Assembly: GCA_965216565.1 (NCBI GenBank)
Contig: OZ244170.1
Location: 1,856,001-1,920,000 of the forward strand
Direction of reading: 5' to 3'
DNA: 64,000 nt
Source of the DNA: Bythopirellula sp.
GTDB taxonomy: Bacteria > Planctomycetota > Planctomycetia > Pirellulales > Lacipirellulaceae
Part shown: positions 58,551 to 64,000 of the stretch, in pieces
Numbering within the stretch: the first letter of the stretch is position 1
How the letters are laid out: the number at the start of each line of letters is the position of its first letter
Made by a program: the position numbers and the translations under genes
The notes under the pieces: generated by a model
What the model was told of the DNA's origin: nothing
Database searches by the model: none
The model's input: only the letters and a program-made list of their open reading frames with translations

Positions 58551-59558
58551 TCAAGAATCGCATTGCATTCTTGAAACCCACCACGAGGTATTGCGTCTTG
58601 ACAAGGTAAGACTGAGTGCAGCTAGCGCAAGTCCGCAGGTTGCTGGCTCAGGGATACTCGATACCCGAAAACCTATGTGGGAGAATCCTTGATTCCATCG
58701 ATCTAGACCTCGCTGTGTCGAACGCAGACTACTCAGGTCATTATCCCAGTCTCCGCCGCGGGCTTCATGGTCTCCATTCGTCGAGTCATTCACGCGATCA
58801 AATTCAGTCTCTAACCGTTCCCAAATATTCCCACCTTGGCCCCTAGTTCCATAGGGACTTGGCAAACCAACATTCATGACATCGTTGGGCAGTGGATTAT
58901 GATCCCCATCGTCAAACACGACATCGAACGAGGGATCGCCCGGAGAGTCGATTCCATCGGGGACATTGTCGCTCCCCGCAGGGAAATCGTAGTAGACATT
59001 GTGTACAGGATCGTAGTAAGCAGCTTTGTACCACTCGTCGAGGCTTGGTAGGAAATACTTTGCCAGTCGATTTCTGTAGAGATTGTCTGGACTGTAGCCT
59101 GGGTCGCCTGGTTGCCACAACTGAAAATCACCATTGGGGTCGATGTTGTAGGCTGGTGGATTGCCTGAATTGCTATTTAGCCAATTGACAAATTTTATGG
59201 AGTGGAGCCAAGTCATTCCAGCAGCTGGCTTGTTGGGTCCACGGATGGCTCTGGGAATGTTCAAAGGATTCCCGTCAGCCGCAGATTGGGCATTTGCATT
59301 GACAATCATCTGCTCAGACACTTCGTAGGTGCTGATCCGATAGTTATAGGCGACCGAACCCACTCTGTTTGGACTGCCTGTTGTGTCGGCGGGATTACCA
59401 GGATTGCCGATGCTGGTGAACTCAATACTGAATGAGGTATCGGGGTCGGAACCGAAATCGTCAGCATGGCCAGCTGAGTCTGGAAGAATCACCAAAGCGA
59501 AGAGCACGCAACTGCAGAGAAGCTTGCTAAACAACGGAAGACCTCCCATGAGAACCAA
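58551..59558 (-). CDS. FGE-sulfatase/SUMF1-like domain PEP-CTERM protein
   Basis: IGNPGNPAD, GSVAYNYRI..YEV, LPSLDEWYKAAYY, SPYGT.GQGGNIWE, RGGDW, GFRVSSIPEP. Confidence 0.9.
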   Translation of the reverse strand: MVLMGGLPLFSKLLCSCVLFALVILPDSAGHADDFGSDPDTSFSIEFTSIGNPGNPADTTGSPNRVGSVAYNYRISTYEVSEQMIVNANAQSAADGNPLNIPRAIRGPNKPAAGMTWLHSIKFVNWLNSNSGNPPAYNIDPNGDFQLWQPGDPGYSPDNLYRNRLAKYFLPSLDEWYKAAYYDPVHNVYYDFPAGSDNVPDGIDSPGDPSFDVVFDDGDHNPLPNDVMNVGLPSPYGTRGQGGNIWERLETEFDRVNDSTNGDHEARGGDWDNDLSSLRSTQRGLDRWNQGFSHIGFRVSSIPEPATCGLALAALSLTLSRRNTSWWVSRMQCDS

Positions 59559-59635
59559 AGGAAGCCCTTAGCTTAACACGAAGTCTCCAGCGAGCCTAAT
59601 CTTAGGGTTGTGGGTAGAGGTTTACTTCGAATCTC

Positions 59636-59710
59636 AGGGGGCTGGTTTCGAACGAAGTGCGCCCCCAGTCGGAGCGGCCTAGGGCTCGTTACACTCGACC
59701 CAAGCCACCC
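59636..59710. repeat. REP-like palindromic doublet
   Basis: gggggctggtttcgaacgaagtgcgcccccag ... ctagggctcgttacactcgacccaagccaccc imperfect inverted pair, intergenic. Confidence 0.6.
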
Positions 59711-59720
59711 GACGTTCACC

Positions 59721-60080
59721 CTAAGACAGCTTCGACTTACCCTCTTCCACTAGCCATTTTGGGAAGGGAATGACAGGGTGTCGGGCGATAAGTAGCAGTA
59801 ATCCAGTGAGGATGACTAGTACTGGCACTTCAACATCAATTGTTATAAGTCTAGTTTGACGAAGTACGGAGATGCTACTCGCAATTAAAAAGAATGAGCC
59901 TACTACAAAGGTCACTTTATCAAATCCATAGACGACAAACGCAAGAAAGCCCACGATTGCCAACCCAAGACTCCATGCCCAGTTAATGTTCGGTGCAAAG
60001 CCAAGCGTTGAAAGTAGCCAGCCGATTCCCAAAGCAATCATTAGGAAAGGGAGGATGAGTGTCTTTTTATCTTGTTGCAT
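59721..60080 (-). CDS. Hypothetical 4-TM membrane protein
   Basis: 119-aa hydrophobic ORF. Confidence 0.8.
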   Translation of the reverse strand: MQQDKKTLILPFLMIALGIGWLLSTLGFAPNINWAWSLGLAIVGFLAFVVYGFDKVTFVVGSFFLIASSISVLRQTRLITIDVEVPVLVILTGLLLLIARHPVIPFPKWLVEEGKSKLS

Positions 60081-60355
60081 AGTGAACCCGAGTAGGATCT
60101 AAAAATCGGTTTACAGAGAACACAATATAGCGGAATCGTAATCTACCGTTCAGGGTATCCGGAGAATATTGCATCTTACTAGATTTTTCTAGTGGACTGC
60201 AAAGCCACGCAGGTTCCAGCCAGGGTCATGCTTGTAGCGACTTACATACTCACTCAAGTTGCAAATCCTACGCGGTGGCGTCGACACATGGCACTAGTAG
60301 ATCGGCATTAAGCGAGAGCAGCCAATGCCTCTCATGCCCTCGACCCCTACTGCCT

Positions 60356-61867
60356 TTACTCCTCCACCGGCTCCACGCCCAACACTTCCTCTAAGAAGCT
60401 AAAGAACTTCTCCTCGGTGCGGGGAACGCCCTTCAGCATGCCATCTGGGGTTAAGATCAATGGCAAGCCGGTGTTCATTTTCTTCATGTCGTCGCTATTG
60501 CCGGCGAAGCTGCTCAGCGATTCCGCTTTTAGATTCTCGTCGAGCAGTACTTCTTCGCCGACCAGGTTCATCGCAATGCGTCGAGCCTCGGCAACGACCG
60601 GTGGTCGCTTGGAATCCATCAGAAAGTGATGGAACTCGCTAAACTTCTCGCGATCGAGTCGAAAGACGCTTAATGCCAATTGCGCGTAATCGCAGGCGTG
60701 TTTGTGGCTCCAATGGTCCCGCTTGACGTACGGATTGCACTTCTTGCTAAGTGGCACATGAAATACGACGAACGCCACTTGGTCGCCGTACCGTTTGACA
60801 GCTGCATCCACATGGGGATGGAGATTACGGCAATGGGGGCAAGTGTAATCGAGCATCTCCAGCAGTACGTGTTCCGCATTGGGATTTCCCAGAATCGGTA
60901 CGGTGGTCACATCGATGGGTTCCTGCAAACCGCCAAAGGAGATCATTCGCGAAGCGCTGGCAACACTCGAAGCTGGCTCCTCCGTGGCTGTCTCGACTTC
61001 GACGGTGGCGTCGGTACCATCCTCCTCACTATCGGCTTCCACATCCTCATCCTCAAAGATGCTCGTCTCTTCCGATCCGCCCTTTGTTGCCGAGGATAAA
61101 TCCGTGGGAGAAGTTTCTTCGCTGATTGATGCCTCTGACTCGGAACTAGCCGCAGCCACCTCCGTCGCCGGCTTCTCGATTTTCACATACTCAAATTCAG
61201 CGGGTCGAAAAAAGAATTGGCCGACCATCAAAATGGTAATCCCTACGGCAGCCACTCCGGATGCGATCAGTGGCCGCACCTGCGACATTCCGCCTTCTTG
61301 TTCGTAGTAAGTCTCCGCGGCAGCGTCTCCTCCGAACATCGCGCTCATCGACTCGGTACCCGAAACCGTTTCGCTCATGCGTAACATAGCTACGACCAAG
61401 CCGCAGATGGTCAGGCTGCAAAGATGAACGGCCATGCAATACAGGCAGAAGCTGCCCAATTGAAACACTTGGAGTCCGATAAACCAGGTTGCCGATCCCG
61501 CAGCGAGCAGTGCGAAAGTAAATAACGCCGTCGACGCGATACCTTGGCGATCTTTGTTGAGCATGAGCGCCGAAATCAAGATTCCGACGTAAGTTCCCAG
61601 CCCCATCAAGCTAACCGGAACGCCCAGCCACTTCGACCAGTGGCTCTTGAGCACGTGTTCGCAGTCCACCGCAGACCCGGCACTGCAGCCAGCTACGCTA
61701 CTATTCGACCAAGTGGTCCAGGTAAGGTAGCCGGATATCAGCAGTCCAATCACCGCCAAACCCACCACAATCCAGGTCAACAGTTGGACGCGGTCGGAGC
61801 CTTCGGCATCGGAATAATTGGAATCAAACAAAAGAGCACTCTGTTGGGAAGGGAGCGAGGGAGTCAT
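60356..61867 (-). CDS. VKOR domain fused to DsbA/thioredoxin-like domain
   Basis: Loop cysteines C..C, VLKSHWSKWLGVPVS, FCLYC; acidic linker; DYTCPHC. ATG 61867 preferred. Confidence 0.92.
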   Translation of the reverse strand: MTPSLPSQQSALLFDSNYSDAEGSDRVQLLTWIVVGLAVIGLLISGYLTWTTWSNSSVAGCSAGSAVDCEHVLKSHWSKWLGVPVSLMGLGTYVGILISALMLNKDRQGIASTALFTFALLAAGSATWFIGLQVFQLGSFCLYCMAVHLCSLTICGLVVAMLRMSETVSGTESMSAMFGGDAAAETYYEQEGGMSQVRPLIASGVAAVGITILMVGQFFFRPAEFEYVKIEKPATEVAAASSESEASISEETSPTDLSSATKGGSEETSIFEDEDVEADSEEDGTDATVEVETATEEPASSVASASRMISFGGLQEPIDVTTVPILGNPNAEHVLLEMLDYTCPHCRNLHPHVDAAVKRYGDQVAFVVFHVPLSKKCNPYVKRDHWSHKHACDYAQLALSVFRLDREKFSEFHHFLMDSKRPPVVAEARRIAMNLVGEEVLLDENLKAESLSSFAGNSDDMKKMNTGLPLILTPDGMLKGVPRTEEKFFSFLEEVLGVEPVEE

Positions 61868-61916
61868 AACTATTGTAGCTTTGTAGGAGGGAGTTTCAGC
61901 CCCGGAGGGAAGAACC

Positions 61917-62099
61917 ATGCAGGAAGAATCGAACTACATCTGCCAAAACTGTGGGGAGCAGATCGTAGTTCCGGTCGACATTTCGGCAGGAAACGTACAA
62001 ACATACATCGAAGATTGCCCCGTGTGCTGTCATCCGCACGTGATTCGGGTAGAAATTGACTCTTCAGGCAATATTTCTCTGTGGGGAGAACTCGAATAG
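61917..62099 (+). CDS. CPXCG-motif cysteine-rich protein
   Basis: YICQNCGE...VDISAG..Q.YIEDCPVCCHP; GGAGG RBS. Confidence 0.9.
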   Translation: MQEESNYICQNCGEQIVVPVDISAGNVQTYIEDCPVCCHPHVIRVEIDSSGNISLWGELE

Positions 62100-62271
62100 G
62101 TGCCGATGACCGATTTCGAACCCTCAATGGTTATAATAGAGGACTCAGCCGCATAATCGGATCTGCCCGCGTGTAGCTGAATTCGCAAGAATTCAGATTC
62201 CAAACTGGCTGAATTCTTGCGAATCCAGCTACGCGCCAATGTAGTCACCAAGAAATTGAGAACGCTCAGAT

Positions 62272-62366
62272 ATCGAGGAAAAGTAACTTCTCCAAAATCC
62301 CTCGCCCCTGTGGGGAGAGGCTAGGTGAGGGGGACAAATAAAAGACCGAAGTTACTTTTCCTCGAT
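62272..62366. repeat. Composite palindromic element (MITE/REPIN-like), copy 2
   Basis: Perfect 19-nt inverted repeat atcgaggaaaagtaacttc / gaagttacttttcctcgat enclosing ccctcgcccctgtggggagaggctaggtgagggg. Confidence 0.85.
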
Positions 62367-62398
62367 TTCTCTAGGAGTTCTCCAAGAGGTACGACACC

Positions 62399-63202
62399 AT
62401 GACTCAACCCCTAACCGTCCCGCCCGGGACGAAAATCAAGTTGGCCGACTTCGACCCGCGTGAAGTCACTGGCGACTGGACTAAGAAATCGGCTACCAAG
62501 CAGATTGCACGCAATACCGAGGCGACGCGTGACTTGGCCTATCGGTTGTATGCCGAGAATCGCCGTGCTGTGCTGCTCGTTCTGCAAGGCATGGACACCG
62601 CTGGCAAGGATGGCACCATCCGCACCGTGATGACCGGCGTCAATCCGCAAAGCTGCCAGGTGGTACCGTTCAAGCAACCCAGTGTCGAAGAACTCGACCA
62701 CGGCTTTCTCTGGCGAATCCACAAAGCCGTCCCCCGCCGGGGCAACATCGGCATCTTTAACCGTTCGCACTACGAAGACGTGCTCGTAGTTCGCGTGCAC
62801 AACCTCGTCCCCGAATCGGAATGGCAGACCAGATACGACCGCATCAACGATTTCGAGCAGATTTTAGTCGATAGCGGCGTGGTCATCGTGAAGTGCTTTC
62901 TTCACATCAGCAAAGAAGAGCAGAGAGAACGTTTGCAGGCGCGACTCGATAACCCCAACAAACGATGGAAATTCAGCAAGGGTGACATCGCCGAACGCAA
63001 ACTGTGGGACGATTATCAACGGGCCTACGAAGCCGCCCTCAACCGTTGCAACACCGACCACGCCCCCTGGCACATAGTGCCCTCGGACCGCAAGTGGTAT
63101 CGCAACATGACCGTCAGCAACATCCTCCGCGAACAGCTCACCGAGCTAGATCCTCAATTTCCGGCAAGTGAGGAAGGGCTTGATGCACTAACTGTTGTGT
63201 GA
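62399..63202 (+). CDS. ppk2: Polyphosphate kinase 2 family protein
   Basis: LQGMDTAGKDG, FKQPS, FNRSHYEDVL, LHISKEEQ, KWYRN. Confidence 0.93.
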   Translation: MTQPLTVPPGTKIKLADFDPREVTGDWTKKSATKQIARNTEATRDLAYRLYAENRRAVLLVLQGMDTAGKDGTIRTVMTGVNPQSCQVVPFKQPSVEELDHGFLWRIHKAVPRRGNIGIFNRSHYEDVLVVRVHNLVPESEWQTRYDRINDFEQILVDSGVVIVKCFLHISKEEQRERLQARLDNPNKRWKFSKGDIAERKLWDDYQRAYEAALNRCNTDHAPWHIVPSDRKWYRNMTVSNILREQLTELDPQFPASEEGLDALTVV

Positions 63203-63224
63203 CAAAAAAATGATCACACAAGAT

Positions 63225-64000
63225 CTAGTTTTGAGCCGGATCGCCCGGCGGAGCAGTGTTCAGATGGCGTCGCAAATAGCTGGCGCGCTCGATATTGCGG
63301 TCCGAGGTATCTAGCTCCACGCCAGACATCTTCTGCAGATGGGCCGGTTGGGTGTGGATGAAGAGCTTGTTGACCGTGGGAATCTCCAATTCGCCGATGA
63401 GTCCCAGATTGATCCCCATCCGCACGCTAGACAGCAAGTGCATGGTTTCTTCGGAGCTAATCGTCTGTGCCGTCCGCAGAATGCCGAAAGCCCGACTAAC
63501 ACGGTCATGGAGCGTCTCGTGACTCTCGCGAATCAGAAACTCGCGTGCCTGACGTTCGTAGTCGATCAACATCGGCACGACGTCGCCGACCTTTTTGGTG
63601 AGTTCTTCCTCGGTCAGTCCTAGCGTGATTTGGTTACTGATCTGGTAGAAATCGCCCGTCGCCTGCGAGCCTTCGCCATACAGGCCCCGGACAGCCAAGT
63701 TGATCTTCTGCAGACTGCGAAATACCTTCTCAATCTGACGGGTAATCACCAAGGCCGGCAAATGGAGCATCACGCTCACCCGCACCCCGGTCCCCAGGTT
63801 CGTAGGACATGCCGTGAGGTAACCCAACTGCTCGCTATAGGCATAGGTTACGCGGTCTTCAATCAAGTCGTCTAACTCATTAATTTGCTGCCAGGCGGTC
63901 TGCAGATTCAGCCCGCTTTGCATGACCTGGATCCGCAAATGATCCTCTTCGTTGATCATCACGCTATAGCGTTCCGACTGATCGATCACCACGGCCCGAG
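63225..64000 (-). CDS. mcsB: Protein arginine kinase McsB (3' part; start outside window)
   Basis: SVMINEEDHLRIQ, GYLTACPTNLGTG.R.SVMLHLPAL, RGLYGEGS, QISNQITLG, QPAHLQ. Confidence 0.95.
   Translation of the reverse strand, partial: RAVVIDQSERYSVMINEEDHLRIQVMQSGLNLQTAWQQINELDDLIEDRVTYAYSEQLGYLTACPTNLGTGVRVSVMLHLPALVITRQIEKVFRSLQKINLAVRGLYGEGSQATGDFYQISNQITLGLTEEELTKKVGDVVPMLIDYERQAREFLIRESHETLHDRVSRAFGILRTAQTISSEETMHLLSSVRMGINLGLIGELEIPTVNKLFIHTQPAHLQKMSGVELDTSDRNIERASYLRRHLNTAPPGDPAQN

Noticed and set aside
1..64000. tRNA, rRNA, integrase or transposase genes
   Set aside because: None recognised by eye; a tRNAscan-SE/Infernal run would be needed to exclude them.

Overview
The window looks like planctomycete DNA, probably Pirellulales/Lacipirellulaceae. 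This is inferred from a DUF1559 pilin-like gene, a LEPR-XLL protein, dockerin-like GDFD-DG-VDG-DFL-WQ motifs, 13 PEP-CTERM proteins and planctomycete-style REP-like palindromes. The left ~33 kb is an accessory carbohydrate-foraging region. A GntR/LacI hybrid (AraR-like) regulator plus a PI-PLC-like gene is transcribed divergently from a ~25 kb minus-strand cluster. That cluster holds a cytoplasmic GH92 with alpha-1,2-mannosidase signature residues, a sodium:solute symporter, two GxGYxYP proteins, a Tat oxidoreductase and a DUF1559/lipoprotein pair. It also holds five surface proteins carrying 13 copies of one discoidin/CBM32-like module (KYLNFG...TAND..ERDP...MQI.E). Together this resembles a SusC/D-less planctomycete polysaccharide-utilization system for mannosylated, possibly inositol-lipid-anchored, glycans. 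The right half is mostly housekeeping and signalling: sodA, diguanylate cyclases, FAH, gltX, secretin-N protein, IDH-family enzyme, rtcB, VKOR-thioredoxin, PPK2 and mcsB. It also contains a candidate structured ncRNA divergent from rtcB, an unlisted 56-aa membrane protein and several palindromic repeats. All family assignments come from motif recognition by eye; no searches were run.
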